A program made the translations under genes and the position numbers. Positions 38,215 to 48,054 of a DNA stretch of 64,000 nt are shown piece after piece. The DNA is from Patescibacteria group bacterium (GTDB taxonomy: Bacteria > Patescibacteriota > Patescibacteriia > UBA1558 > UBA10009). Where the stretch lies: contig JBAZSE010000003.1 of the NCBI GenBank assembly GCA_041662565.1, forward strand, positions 44,260 through 108,259. The letters run 5' to 3'. Position 1 is the first letter of the stretch, and each line of letters starts with the position of its first letter. The notes under the pieces were generated by a model that was not told the origin of the DNA, did not search any database, and was given only the letters and a program-made list of their open reading frames with translations.

Positions 38215-40032
38215 TTAGCTAAGAATAGCCTTAATCCTTCTAACTCCAGCCGAAACGGCTTCTTCTTTGGCTATTTTAAAGTGGCCCATAGTACCCGTAT
38301 GTTCAACGTGCGGACCGCCACAGATCTCCTTGGAATAATCTCCAATAAAATAAACTTTGACCTTATCGCCATATTTTTCGCCAAACAAACCAACGGCGCC
38401 TTTTTGTTTGGCCTCATCAACACTCATTTCTTCAAAATGAACAGATAAATCCGCCTGAATTTGCCGATTAACGATTTCTTCAACCTGTTTAATTTGCTCG
38501 GGTGTCATTTTTTCGGGATGAGTAAAATCAAAGCGCAAGCGTTCGGCTGTGATATTTGAACCTTTTTGATTAGCATGAACTCCTAACACATCCTTTAAGG
38601 CCTGATGCAATAAATGAGTAGCCGTATGGTATTTAACTACTTGCTCGGAATTATCGGCCAAACCGCCCTTAAACATACCAACCGAGGCCGTGCGGGAAAT
38701 ACCCTGGTGTTCTTTTAATTTTTCGTTAAAATTTTTAATTAACTTTTCTTCATCAAAATTAAGACCCCTTAATCTCGCTTCCTCAATAATCATCTCTAAA
38801 GGAAATCCGTGATTTTGAAATAGATCAAAAGCCAATTCCTTATTTTGCAATCTATCAGAAATCTCTTCTTGTAATTCCCAAAATGTTCCGTCAGATTTTG
38901 GCCTGCGCGCAATAGCTTCATCTAATTTTCTTAAACCGTTTTCCAAAGATTTCTCAAAAGCATCTTCTTCTCTAATTAAAGCCAATTTTACTTTGTTTAT
39001 ATTTTTTCCAATCTCTGTATAAAATTCTTCGTATGCTTCAAAAATGAATTCAACTAAATTAGAGGTAAGTGGAATTTCTAAAGATATCCCTATTTTACGA
39101 GCGTGCCGAACGGCCCTTCTAATGAGTTTTCTGACAACATACCCCTGCTTAAGATTAGATGGGAAAATACCAATGTCATCAGACATAATAAACACAGCGG
39201 CCTTTATATGGTCAGCAATAATCCTTCCTGATTGTTCATTATAATCTTTAGCAATAGATTTTAAATAATCTAAAATCGGAACAAACAATTCAATTTCGTA
39301 AACCGAATTTTTGCCTTGCAAGGCAGCCGCGGTTCTTTCCAAACCCATACCGGTATCAACGTTTTTTTGCACCAAAGGTTCATAAACACCGGCAGTGGTA
39401 CGGTTATACTGCATAAAAACATTGTTCCAAATTTCCACCCAGTTTTTATCTGAAGAATCAAATGTGGCCGGCGGCTGAGAAGCGGAAGTCCAATAAAAAA
39501 TCTCCGTATCCGGACCTTGGGGACCGGGGTTTTTACCGCCTGCCGGCCACCAGTTATCTTCTTTACCTAAACGGACAATTCTTTCTTCAGACACTCCAAC
39601 CGAACGCCAAAGATCATATGACTCCTGATCAAACGGACAATCTTCATCGCCGGCAAAAACAGTAATAGCCAATTTTTGAGGATCAAGGCCAAGCCACTTA
39701 ATATCGGTTAAAAACTCCCAACTCCATTTGATTGCCTCTTCTTTCCAATAACTACCTAAACTCCAGTTGCCCAACATTTCAAAAAAAGTTAAATGGGTGG
39801 CATCGCCAACTTCATCAATATCCCCTGTTCTAATGCATTTTTGAACTGAAGCCAAAAGCTTGCCCGATGGGTGCTTTTCGCCCAACAAAAAAGGCACCAA
39901 AGGATGCATACCGGCGGTGGTAAATAAAACAGAAGGGTCGTTTTCCGGAATTAAAGAAGCCGAAGGAATAATGGTATGCCCTTTTTGTTTAAAAAATTCC
40001 AAATATTTTTGACGAATTTCGGAGGCCTTCAT
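38215..40032 (-). CDS. alaS: Alanine--tRNA ligase (short form, no C-Ala domain)
   Basis: LFTTAGM, QKCIR, HLTFFEMLGN, DTGMGLER, HTATHLL, EICGGPHV; ends at GVRRIKAILS. Confidence 0.96.
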   Translation of the reverse strand: MKASEIRQKYLEFFKQKGHTIIPSASLIPENDPSVLFTTAGMHPLVPFLLGEKHPSGKLLASVQKCIRTGDIDEVGDATHLTFFEMLGNWSLGSYWKEEAIKWSWEFLTDIKWLGLDPQKLAITVFAGDEDCPFDQESYDLWRSVGVSEERIVRLGKEDNWWPAGGKNPGPQGPDTEIFYWTSASQPPATFDSSDKNWVEIWNNVFMQYNRTTAGVYEPLVQKNVDTGMGLERTAAALQGKNSVYEIELFVPILDYLKSIAKDYNEQSGRIIADHIKAAVFIMSDDIGIFPSNLKQGYVVRKLIRRAVRHARKIGISLEIPLTSNLVEFIFEAYEEFYTEIGKNINKVKLALIREEDAFEKSLENGLRKLDEAIARRPKSDGTFWELQEEISDRLQNKELAFDLFQNHGFPLEMIIEEARLRGLNFDEEKLIKNFNEKLKEHQGISRTASVGMFKGGLADNSEQVVKYHTATHLLHQALKDVLGVHANQKGSNITAERLRFDFTHPEKMTPEQIKQVEEIVNRQIQADLSVHFEEMSVDEAKQKGAVGLFGEKYGDKVKVYFIGDYSKEICGGPHVEHTGTMGHFKIAKEEAVSAGVRRIKAILS

Positions 40033-40658
40033 AATTTAATTTTATAGCTAACGTTCCTCACTATATAACCATAAAAGCGGGCATAAATCAACCAGCAGGC
40101 AAAAGCACCGCCGATAATATCTGCAATCAAATCCTCGCCCGTATCCCACAAAAAACTTTTATTATCTCCGAACATTTTGGAATGCTTAAAAATCAGATCG
40201 ATAAAACTTTCATAAAATTCCCAGGCCACGGACAAAAAAATAATAATCAAAGCGTTGATGAATAAAGTGATAAAAAGATTGGTTTTTTTAAAAATAATTT
40301 TTTGCAATAAGATGGGGATCACCGCGGTTAATGTAAAAATCATCACCGGATTTATAAAATGAACAAAAGTATCGTAATAAGCAGTGTGCGGATTAGTGTA
40401 AAAACCTAATGATCCCAAAAGATTTAAAAATCCTGCTAAAGCCAAAACAAACTGAACTCTGATTAAAAACTCGGGGCTAAAAGTTTTTTGAAATCTTAAC
40501 CAATTATCAAACAGATAATCGGGCAAGATTATAAAAATAATTGTTATGGCGTAACCGGCCAATTTTAAATAATCCCCAATGCCAAAAAAAACCACACAGG
40601 AAATTGCGATTATCCAAATAATCAAGCCAATAAGCTTTTTTTCCAATTTTGCCAGCAT
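40029..40658 (-). CDS. Integral membrane protein (DUF2238/VanZ-like)
   Basis: Multiple TMs; YDTFVH, WEFYE, DT..DL..D..GG. Confidence 0.65.
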   Translation of the reverse strand: MLAKLEKKLIGLIIWIIAISCVVFFGIGDYLKLAGYAITIIFIILPDYLFDNWLRFQKTFSPEFLIRVQFVLALAGFLNLLGSLGFYTNPHTAYYDTFVHFINPVMIFTLTAVIPILLQKIIFKKTNLFITLFINALIIIFLSVAWEFYESFIDLIFKHSKMFGDNKSFLWDTGEDLIADIIGGAFACWLIYARFYGYIVRNVSYKIKL

Positions 40659-40665
40659 AACCTTA

Positions 40666-41805
40666 TTATATAATCTTCCCGCCTCCCAGACAAACATCAT
40701 CGCTGTAAAATACCGCAAACTGCCCCGGTGTTATGGCTCTCTGGGGTTCTTTAAACACAACTTTAAGCAGATGATTGGAAATTTGAAGTTTGGTATTTTT
40801 TTGTGAATTGTTAGCGGTAGATGGTTGCTTTTCGATAACGCACTCCTGATCACCTTGCCTGTATCTGATTTTAACCGAACATTTTAAAGGTAGTTTTGGC
40901 TCTTGATTGGAAATCCAATGAATTTCGGAAACCAACATCTCTTGTTTAAATAAGGCCTCATCCTGATCTCCACGAGCAACAATTAATCTGTTAGCCGTCA
41001 AATCCTTATCAACTACGTAATAAGGCATGCCTCCGCCAACACCAATCCCCTTTCTTTGACCAATCGTGTAAAACCAAACGCCCTCATGCACGCCGATTTT
41101 TTTATTTTCAGTAGTAACAATATCTCCTATTTGCGGTTTTATCCTTTGTTGTAAAAATTCTTTCATGGCAACTTCGCCCACAAAACAAATTCCTTGACTA
41201 TCTGGTTTTTTAGCCGTTGCCAAGCCGTATTTATCAGCCAGTTGTCTGACAGCCGGCTTAGCATACTCGCCTATTGGAAATAAACAATGAGACAGTTGTT
41301 CCTGTGTAATTTGATATAAAAAATATGATTGATCTTTATTGGGATCTAAACCTTTTAACAACTGATAACTTACACTTTGTTTTTTGTCGCTTGTTGATTG
41401 TTTATTCCTGACATAATGTCCTGTGGCTACAAAATCCGCGCCGCGTTCAAGAGCGTAATTTAAAAACGGCTTAAACTTTACTTGGCTGTTGCACAAAACA
41501 TCCGGATTGGGCGTTCGTCCCTCTTGATATTCGTTAAATAAATAATCCACCACATCGCGCCTATATTCTTTTTCAAAACTAACCACAGAAAGTTTTATGC
41601 CTAATTGCGAAGCCACCAAACGCGCGTCTTTTTCATCAGAATTTAACGGGCACATTAACAAACCTTCGGCTGTTGAACGCGGAGTCCAATTTTTCATAAA
41701 AACCGCTTCTACCTGATAACCCTGTTCTAATAACAAAGCACAAGTAACCGAAGAATCTACTCCGCCCGATAGCGCCACAATTACTTTTTCTTTTTTTAAT
41801 AACAT
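40666..41805 (-). CDS. mnmA: tRNA 2-thiouridine synthase MnmA
   Basis: SGGVDS, FMKNW, TPNPDVLCN, ATGHY, KDQSYFL, DSQGICF, TPGQ. Confidence 0.97.
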   Translation of the reverse strand: MLLKKEKVIVALSGGVDSSVTCALLLEQGYQVEAVFMKNWTPRSTAEGLLMCPLNSDEKDARLVASQLGIKLSVVSFEKEYRRDVVDYLFNEYQEGRTPNPDVLCNSQVKFKPFLNYALERGADFVATGHYVRNKQSTSDKKQSVSYQLLKGLDPNKDQSYFLYQITQEQLSHCLFPIGEYAKPAVRQLADKYGLATAKKPDSQGICFVGEVAMKEFLQQRIKPQIGDIVTTENKKIGVHEGVWFYTIGQRKGIGVGGGMPYYVVDKDLTANRLIVARGDQDEALFKQEMLVSEIHWISNQEPKLPLKCSVKIRYRQGDQECVIEKQPSTANNSQKNTKLQISNHLLKVVFKEPQRAITPGQFAVFYSDDVCLGGGKII

Positions 41806-41809
41806 GATT

Positions 41810-42787
41810 CTATTTTCCTATATTAAATTTAAGATAATGTCCGATTTTGGCCTTGGCCTTAGATGCCTCAAAATTCTTTTTAAACTCCGGATCAACTTCG
41901 GTTAATCGTTTATCTTTAACCCAGGGATTGATGACCCTAAATTTATTTGGGTATACTAAATCATAATCATCACGACTCCCTTTTAAATTAATTTTCCTAA
42001 TTCGCTTGATAAAATTCAGCCTGGAATTTATCCAAGGGTCTTGTATTAAGTTTAATTTGGCTAGTAACTCTTTATCGCCCAACCAAAAATCTTCAATACT
42101 GATAATCTTTTTATCAATAGCATGTTTCAAAATTTCTCCCATTAAATAAAAAGATAATTCGCCCCAATCAGAATGCCAAACTTCGGCCTGCATTTTTAAC
42201 GATAATTTTCCTAATAATTTTGCCGGCGCTAAATTGTTAAAAACAAAACCCCGCTTATCAACACTTAAATCATTTAAAACTTGTTTAATCAATTTTTTAC
42301 TAGCTAAACCGGCCGCAAAACTATCTCTTAATGTATAATCCAACCGGTCAGCACATAAATTAGGCAGATCATTGTCCAAAAGCGACCAATTGGCAAAATT
42401 ACCAATTTTTTTTGATGATAAACCTTCGAATTCAAGAATCTTCTCAATTACCCTGTCATTGATAAAATCTTGATGGATTGAATCCTGATGATCGGCTTTG
42501 ATATTGTTATCATAAAAATAATCAATCACATGAGAAAAAGCCTGGTGGGAAATATCATGCAATAAACCAGCAACCTGTTCTGCTAAACCGGCATTAAACC
42601 TTTTTAACAGCAACATAACGCCGATTGAATGCTCAAATCGATTAGTGTTAAATTTTGGCCAAAAATAAAAATAGATGCCATTTTGGTGAACTTTTTTCAA
42701 CCTTTGCATTTGAGGCAGTTTAAGTAATTTTAAAATAATCGGTTCATTAATTTCGAATCTGCCGTAAACTTTATCGTTGTATTGCAT
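41810..42787 (-). CDS. HD-domain phosphohydrolase (SAMHD1/YdhJ-like)
   Basis: QRLKKVHQ, RFEHSIG, GLLHDISH..FSH, ADRLDY. Confidence 0.88.
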   Translation of the reverse strand: MQYNDKVYGRFEINEPIILKLLKLPQMQRLKKVHQNGIYFYFWPKFNTNRFEHSIGVMLLLKRFNAGLAEQVAGLLHDISHQAFSHVIDYFYDNNIKADHQDSIHQDFINDRVIEKILEFEGLSSKKIGNFANWSLLDNDLPNLCADRLDYTLRDSFAAGLASKKLIKQVLNDLSVDKRGFVFNNLAPAKLLGKLSLKMQAEVWHSDWGELSFYLMGEILKHAIDKKIISIEDFWLGDKELLAKLNLIQDPWINSRLNFIKRIRKINLKGSRDDYDLVYPNKFRVINPWVKDKRLTEVDPEFKKNFEASKAKAKIGHYLKFNIGK

Positions 42788-42853
42788 GATTTTTTATGAG
42801 TCTTTATTTTTAACTGTTTACATTATATAATGGTAATAATTATAAAAGCAAAT

Positions 42854-43273
42854 ATGGAAACAATAAATAGACCAAAAGTAGGTATTGGTGTAATTCTGAT
42901 AAAAGAAGATAAAATCCTAATGGGCTTAAGAAAAAACTCTCACGGAACAGGCACCTGGGGTTTTCCCGGCGGTCATTTGGAATTAAATGAATCTATTGAA
43001 GAATGCTCCATTAGAGAAGTGTTGGAAGAAAGCGGTTTAACCATAAAAAATATTAGGCACTTGGCCTTTACCAATGATATTTTTACCGATGAAAACAAGC
43101 ACTACGTTACCTTATTTATTTTAGCCGATTACAATTCGGGTGAATTAAAAAACTTGGAACCGCAAAAATTGGAAAAATGGGAATGGTTTAAACCCAGCCA
43201 ACTCCCCTCACCGTTATTTTTCCCGATTTTAAATTTATTAAAACAAGATATTAAATTATTTAAACAAGAATGA
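42854..43273 (+). CDS. NUDIX hydrolase (MutT/NUDT15-like)
   Basis: Nudix box GGHLELNESIEECSIREVLEESGL; HYVT, EP.K..WEWF. Confidence 0.92.
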   Translation: METINRPKVGIGVILIKEDKILMGLRKNSHGTGTWGFPGGHLELNESIEECSIREVLEESGLTIKNIRHLAFTNDIFTDENKHYVTLFILADYNSGELKNLEPQKLEKWEWFKPSQLPSPLFFPILNLLKQDIKLFKQE

Positions 43274-43845
43274 AAAAAATAATTCTAGCTTCAAACTCGC
43301 CTCGGCGAAAGCAAATCCTAAAAATTACCGGTTTACCTTTTACAGTTGTAGCCAGCAACTATAAAGAAAATATGGATCTTAAAATGAACCCGCTTAAACT
43401 GGCTAAATTTTTATCTCAAGGCAAGGTTAAAGATGTGGCTAAAAAATATTCCAATCATTTGATTATCGGAGCAGATACATTTGTGGTTCTTAAAAATAAA
43501 CTTTTAGGCAAACCTAAAAATAGTGCCGCAGCCCGAATTATGCTCAAAAAAATCAGCGGCCAAATTGTTGATGTTATTACAGGTTTTAGCGTTTTAGACA
43601 GCCAAAGCAAAAAAATAATCTCTCACTCACAAACAAGTAAAATATATATTAAAAAATTAAGTTTGTCTGAAATTAACAACTACATTAAAACCGGCGATCC
43701 TTTGGATAAAGCCGGCGCTTTTGCCGTACAAGGGATTGGCGCATTAATCATCAAAAAAATCGAAGGCGATTATTTTAACATTGTGGGCTTGCCTTTATTT
43801 GCCTTGTCAAAAACACTAAAAAAATTTGGAATTTCTATTCTTTAA
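43270..43845 (+). CDS. maf: Maf-family nucleoside triphosphate pyrophosphatase
   Basis: ILASNSPRR, IGADT, LGKP, DKAGAF..QG, GDYFNIVGLP. Confidence 0.94.
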   Translation: MKKIILASNSPRRKQILKITGLPFTVVASNYKENMDLKMNPLKLAKFLSQGKVKDVAKKYSNHLIIGADTFVVLKNKLLGKPKNSAAARIMLKKISGQIVDVITGFSVLDSQSKKIISHSQTSKIYIKKLSLSEINNYIKTGDPLDKAGAFAVQGIGALIIKKIEGDYFNIVGLPLFALSKTLKKFGISIL

Positions 43846-43853
43846 TTCGAATT

Positions 43854-43889
43854 AAAAAAACACCCTGGATTTATCAGGGTGTTTTAATT
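43854..43889. terminator. Bidirectional terminator
   Basis: AAAACACCCTG-GATTTAT-CAGGGTGTTTT. Confidence 0.75.
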
Positions 43890-43891
43890 AT

Positions 43892-45385
43892 TTACAATTT
43901 TGGCATATTTTGAGGTGCCACAGGTGGAATAGCGTTAGGTTGCTGCTCTATACCTCTTCTGGCAGGCATTTGCCCCTCTGTACCCTGCCTTAATCCTGGC
44001 TTAAGGGGCTGGGTATTGGGTCTTTCATCATTTTTATTTGCTTCATTTTTTGGTTCTGCCGAATCCTCTTTGTCTTTTTCAACTTTTTCGGCTTTTTTAA
44101 CTTCTGCCATTTTTCTATCCATTTTTTTTAGTAATTCCGGATCAGCTTGCCTAATAACCCTTTGCATAACTGGCGCGGGATTTATTTCTTTCTTTAATTC
44201 TTGGATATTTTTCTGATTATCCATTTTTTCCAAACGATTATTAAGGTTTTCCACCTTTCTTTCTTGAACTTGCTGTAAGGCCTCTTTAGCCCGAGCATTT
44301 TTAACTTCTTGGCGTAAACGATCAATTACTTCAATAGATTTGGTATCACCGGAATCTTCCAGGGGCTGCAACAAATCTTGTTGCTGTTCGGGAGTTTTGG
44401 TTTCTTCTAAAAGCTGTTTTAAATTATTCAAGCGATTTTGCTCAAATTTTTTAAGCGGTACCATTAATGCCTTTAAATTCGGATCAACTTTGCTTTGTTC
44501 ATCCAAACCCTCTTTAAGAAAATTTATCACCCTTAACTGATCGGCATCTTGGCCGGACAGGCCATCCAATTGGGAATTAAATTCTTTAGCGGATCCGCTG
44601 CCCTCTTCTTTCATTTGCTCGAAAAACTTTTCCCTAACAGCTTGATTGGCCTCCCTTACGCCCTGGCGCATTTCTTCATCTTCCATTTTATCGCCTAATT
44701 TTTGGATAACTTTTAAATTTAAGAGCTGATCGGAAATTGTTCCGTTTTCGCTAGCAGAAGATTCAGCCGCTTTTTCCAAGCGCTCCTTAATTTTTTCCTG
44801 ATTCTTTTCAACTCGTTGTAAAAATTGGCCGAATTTTTCCAAAGTTTTTTCTTTGATGGCTTCAAATTTTTGCTTTTGCTCTTCGGTTAAGCCAGCTGTT
44901 TTTTCTTCAATCTTATCCATAACCTGCTGTTGCTTGAGCTGGTTATCGGTAATTTTATCCAACAGTTTTTCGGCGCTTGCGCTATTTTTTTCTTTTATGG
45001 CCTCAACCCTGGCTTGCACTTTATCCATCATTTCTTGGTATTTTTGCAAACTTTTTTCTACCATGGCCTGGGCCTTGGCATTATCGGGATTTTCTTGAGC
45101 AATTTTTTTGGCTTCCAACAATTTTTCATTGGCAATGTTTAACTGTAATTCGGCTTTTTTTTCTGCATTAAAAGTTAAGGTTGTTTTGATTGTTCGGCCT
45201 AAATTTTTAAACCAGTAGCCAAAGGCATTGGTTGGTAAAACCGTTGGTTCAGCTACTCCTAAATCGCTCGAAGTAACTTCGGCCGTGGCTGTTGATTCAA
45301 CAACTGCCTGGTCTTGCGCTAAAACAGGCCCAGCCAAAGATAGGCAAAACAAGGATATTATGAAAAGAAATAATAATTTCCGCAT
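43892..45385 (-). CDS. Secreted coiled-coil protein with DUF5667-like domain
   Basis: Signal peptide; LPTN..YWFK..G..I...LTF...KKAEL.L..A.EKL.EA; long charged helices. Confidence 0.7.
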   Translation of the reverse strand: MRKLLFLFIISLFCLSLAGPVLAQDQAVVESTATAEVTSSDLGVAEPTVLPTNAFGYWFKNLGRTIKTTLTFNAEKKAELQLNIANEKLLEAKKIAQENPDNAKAQAMVEKSLQKYQEMMDKVQARVEAIKEKNSASAEKLLDKITDNQLKQQQVMDKIEEKTAGLTEEQKQKFEAIKEKTLEKFGQFLQRVEKNQEKIKERLEKAAESSASENGTISDQLLNLKVIQKLGDKMEDEEMRQGVREANQAVREKFFEQMKEEGSGSAKEFNSQLDGLSGQDADQLRVINFLKEGLDEQSKVDPNLKALMVPLKKFEQNRLNNLKQLLEETKTPEQQQDLLQPLEDSGDTKSIEVIDRLRQEVKNARAKEALQQVQERKVENLNNRLEKMDNQKNIQELKKEINPAPVMQRVIRQADPELLKKMDRKMAEVKKAEKVEKDKEDSAEPKNEANKNDERPNTQPLKPGLRQGTEGQMPARRGIEQQPNAIPPVAPQNMPKL

Positions 45386-45455
45386 ATTTATTTTTGTTTA
45401 ATGATAAATCTTTTTAATTATATCACAAAATTACTAAAAATCATACTTTAAAAAG

Positions 45456-45959
45456 CTACTTAATCTCCCCCTTTTTATAAGATATAACAACTGAAACAAT
45501 AGCCAAAAGCCAAATAACTATTTCCAAATACCAGTACCAATGATGAAAATAATTATCCACCAAAAATCCGCCGGTAAAACCAACATTATAAACTCCAATT
45601 AAACCATCGTAAAATGGCCATAGCCACCTTACGCCCACAAAAGCCGTATCCAAGAACAAATGCAAAAATACATTGGCAAAAATGATAATTGTTGAATATT
45701 TAAGCCAGGATTTTTTGTAAATTTTGTAGAACAGCCAGCCGATTAACACTAAAACCAGCCAAAACAATGGAATGTAGGTAAAAAAATATCGATGGCTACC
45801 AATGGAATTCTTGAATAAAATCGGATAAATAATGTCAAAATCCGGTAAAACAGAGCCCAATAAACCCAACCCCAGCCACAATTTGCTGATTGGCAAACGA
45901 TTTTTTTTAATCAGCCAGCGGGTTAAAAAGTATCCAGCCGGCAAATGTCCGATAAGCAT
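45456..45959 (-). CDS. YdjM-like membrane metal-dependent hydrolase
   Basis: GH, LPDFD, SHR, HLFLD, G..WLWP. Confidence 0.82.
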   Translation of the reverse strand: MLIGHLPAGYFLTRWLIKKNRLPISKLWLGLGLLGSVLPDFDIIYPILFKNSIGSHRYFFTYIPLFWLVLVLIGWLFYKIYKKSWLKYSTIIIFANVFLHLFLDTAFVGVRWLWPFYDGLIGVYNVGFTGGFLVDNYFHHWYWYLEIVIWLLAIVSVVISYKKGEIK

Positions 45960-46005
45960 ATTTGAATGGTAGATTATTTATCAGTTGAATTCTATTATAC
46001 CAAAC

Positions 46006-46034
46006 TTGACAGAAAAACAAAAATCAGTTATTCT
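46006..46034 (+). promoter_or_regulatory. Sigma70 promoter of rpmA
   Basis: TTGACA-17 nt-TATTCT. Confidence 0.6.
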
Positions 46035-46068
46035 ATTAATCAAATAAGCTATTAATCTATTATTTCAT

Positions 46069-46347
46069 ATGGCTCATAAAAAAGCAGGCGGTTCAACAGA
46101 ACTAGGCCGCGATTCACAGGCAAAAAGATTAGGAGTTAAAAAACATGCCGGCGAAATAGTTAAAACCGGAATGATTTTGGTTCGCCAAAGAGGCACAAAA
46201 ATTAGGCCAGGCGTAGGCGTTAAAAAAGGCAAAGATGATACTTTGTTTGCCATTAACCCAGGCGTGGTTAAATACTCAACCAAAAAAATCAAACGGTTTG
46301 ACGGCAATTTAAAACCCGCTAAATTCGCCAGCGTTGTGTCTAAATAA
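46069..46347 (+). CDS. rpmA: 50S ribosomal protein L27
   Basis: [35 protein letters not shown]. Confidence 0.98.
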   Translation: MAHKKAGGSTELGRDSQAKRLGVKKHAGEIVKTGMILVRQRGTKIRPGVGVKKGKDDTLFAINPGVVKYSTKKIKRFDGNLKPAKFASVVSK

Positions 46348-46361
46348 AATTAAATTGTTTT

Positions 46362-46396
46362 AAAAAATCCAACCCTTTCTGGGGTTGGATTTTTTT
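46362..46396. terminator. Bidirectional terminator
   Basis: AAAAAATCCAACCC-TTTCTG-GGGTTGGATTTTTTT. Confidence 0.8.
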
Positions 46397-46415
46397 GATC
46401 TTTTAAACTATTGAA

Positions 46416-47339
46416 TTAAACCTTAATGTAGCGCCTTACTGCCAAATAACTGCTGGCCATGGTAATAATTACGGCAATTAATAACTGCCCGCCGAAAAAC
46501 ATTAAAAAGTTTTTATTAACCAAAGAAATCAAGTTAACGGTGTAATCGCGGAAAAAACTGTCTACATAGGGCTGAATTAAGGATAACAACGGATAAATTA
46601 ACAAGCACAACAAAGCAATACTAATTACGCTATACACAGCGCCTTCTATTAAAAACGGCGACCTGACAAAATTATTGGAAGCCCCAACTAATTTCATAAT
46701 ACCTATTTCCTCGCGATGAGTGTAAATGCCCACCTGAATGGTATTAAAAACCACTAAAATGGCAATAATGATAAATATTAAGCTGACTACCAAACCACCT
46801 TGCTGAATTTTTCCGGAATATTCTGAAATACCCTGGACCAATGTTTTGGCATCGGCAAATTCTTTATCATCAATTTCCAAATAACTGGCATATTCCTTTT
46901 TGGATAATTCGTTTAAAATTATAGGAAAATCTTCGATCTTATAAACATTAATGCGAATACTGCCTCGAAAGGGATTTTCGGCCAAAGCATCAAGCGATTG
47001 AATGATTAAAGTGTTATCCTTGTGCCTTTCTCTAAAATTAACCAAAGTTTGATCGGGCGTGATAAATTCTGCTTCTTTAATGGCCGATAATTTTTTAAGC
47101 TCGTCAATTAAAGTTTGTGCTTGCCCTGCCGTGGCATCCTGAGTTAAATCCACATATACATCGGTTTTGTTTTCCACCACCGCCAGAACATGCGTGGATA
47201 CCAAATTAAACAACGATAATATGCTGATGGAAAATAGCGCCAGAACAATAATGGTAATAGTAACAATGGAAAGCCAAATATTTCTGAAAAAACTTTGAAA
47301 AGCGAATTTTAAAATTTGATTTAGTTCGGAAAAAAACAT
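46416..47339 (-). CDS. ftsX: Cell division permease FtsX
   Basis: FFRN, ENP, NTI, REEIGIMKLVGASNNFVRSPFLIEG; adjacent to ftsE. Confidence 0.93.
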   Translation of the reverse strand: MFFSELNQILKFAFQSFFRNIWLSIVTITIIVLALFSISILSLFNLVSTHVLAVVENKTDVYVDLTQDATAGQAQTLIDELKKLSAIKEAEFITPDQTLVNFRERHKDNTLIIQSLDALAENPFRGSIRINVYKIEDFPIILNELSKKEYASYLEIDDKEFADAKTLVQGISEYSGKIQQGGLVVSLIFIIIAILVVFNTIQVGIYTHREEIGIMKLVGASNNFVRSPFLIEGAVYSVISIALLCLLIYPLLSLIQPYVDSFFRDYTVNLISLVNKNFLMFFGGQLLIAVIITMASSYLAVRRYIKV

Positions 47340-47373
47340 AGTTTTAAAAAAATTTATAATTTAAAGTAAGAAA

Positions 47374-48054
47374 CTATAAAACGTATCTACCCTTGCTTTG
47401 ATCGGAAATAATCTGCCCCTGATCAATGGTAATTACTCTTTTTTTAAGGCCGTTAACAACCTCTCTATCATGTGTAACTAAAACAATGGTTGTACCCAAC
47501 TCATTGATTTTTTTCAGCAAATCAATAATTTCCAAAGTATTAATAGAATCCAAATTTCCGGTTGGCTCATCGGCCACCAATAATTTTGGCTTATGCACTA
47601 GCGAACGGGCAATAACCACTCTTTGCTGTTCCCCGCCCGAAAGCTGGTATGGATAGCGCTCTTCTTTGCCCTCCAAACCCACGATTTTAATAACTTGAGG
47701 CACAATGTGGATAATTTTTGACCAAGGTGAACCGCACGTTTGCAAGGCAAAAGCGATATTTTCAAAAACCGTTTTTTTGGGCAATAGCTTAAAATCCTGA
47801 AAAACCACACCGATCTGCCTTCTTAAATATGGGATCTCCCGTTCGCGAATATCCGTTATATCCCAGCCGCCAATGGTTACCCTCCCGCTGGTGGGCTTTT
47901 CTTCGGCAATTATCAAGCGCATAATGGTTGTTTTGCCGGTGCCCGATTGGCCAACAATAGAAACAAATTCGCCCGGAGCGATTTGCAAATTAACATCCTT
48001 AAGCGCCATGGTATTGGGCTTATAAAATTTGGAAACGTTGATAAGTTCAATCAT
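47374..48054 (-). CDS. ftsE: Cell division ATP-binding protein FtsE
   Basis: GQSGTGKTT, IPYLRRQIGVVFQDFKLL, LSGGEQQR, ADEPTGNLD. Confidence 0.95.
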   Translation of the reverse strand: MIELINVSKFYKPNTMALKDVNLQIAPGEFVSIVGQSGTGKTTIMRLIIAEEKPTSGRVTIGGWDITDIREREIPYLRRQIGVVFQDFKLLPKKTVFENIAFALQTCGSPWSKIIHIVPQVIKIVGLEGKEERYPYQLSGGEQQRVVIARSLVHKPKLLVADEPTGNLDSINTLEIIDLLKKINELGTTIVLVTHDREVVNGLKKRVITIDQGQIISDQSKGRYVL

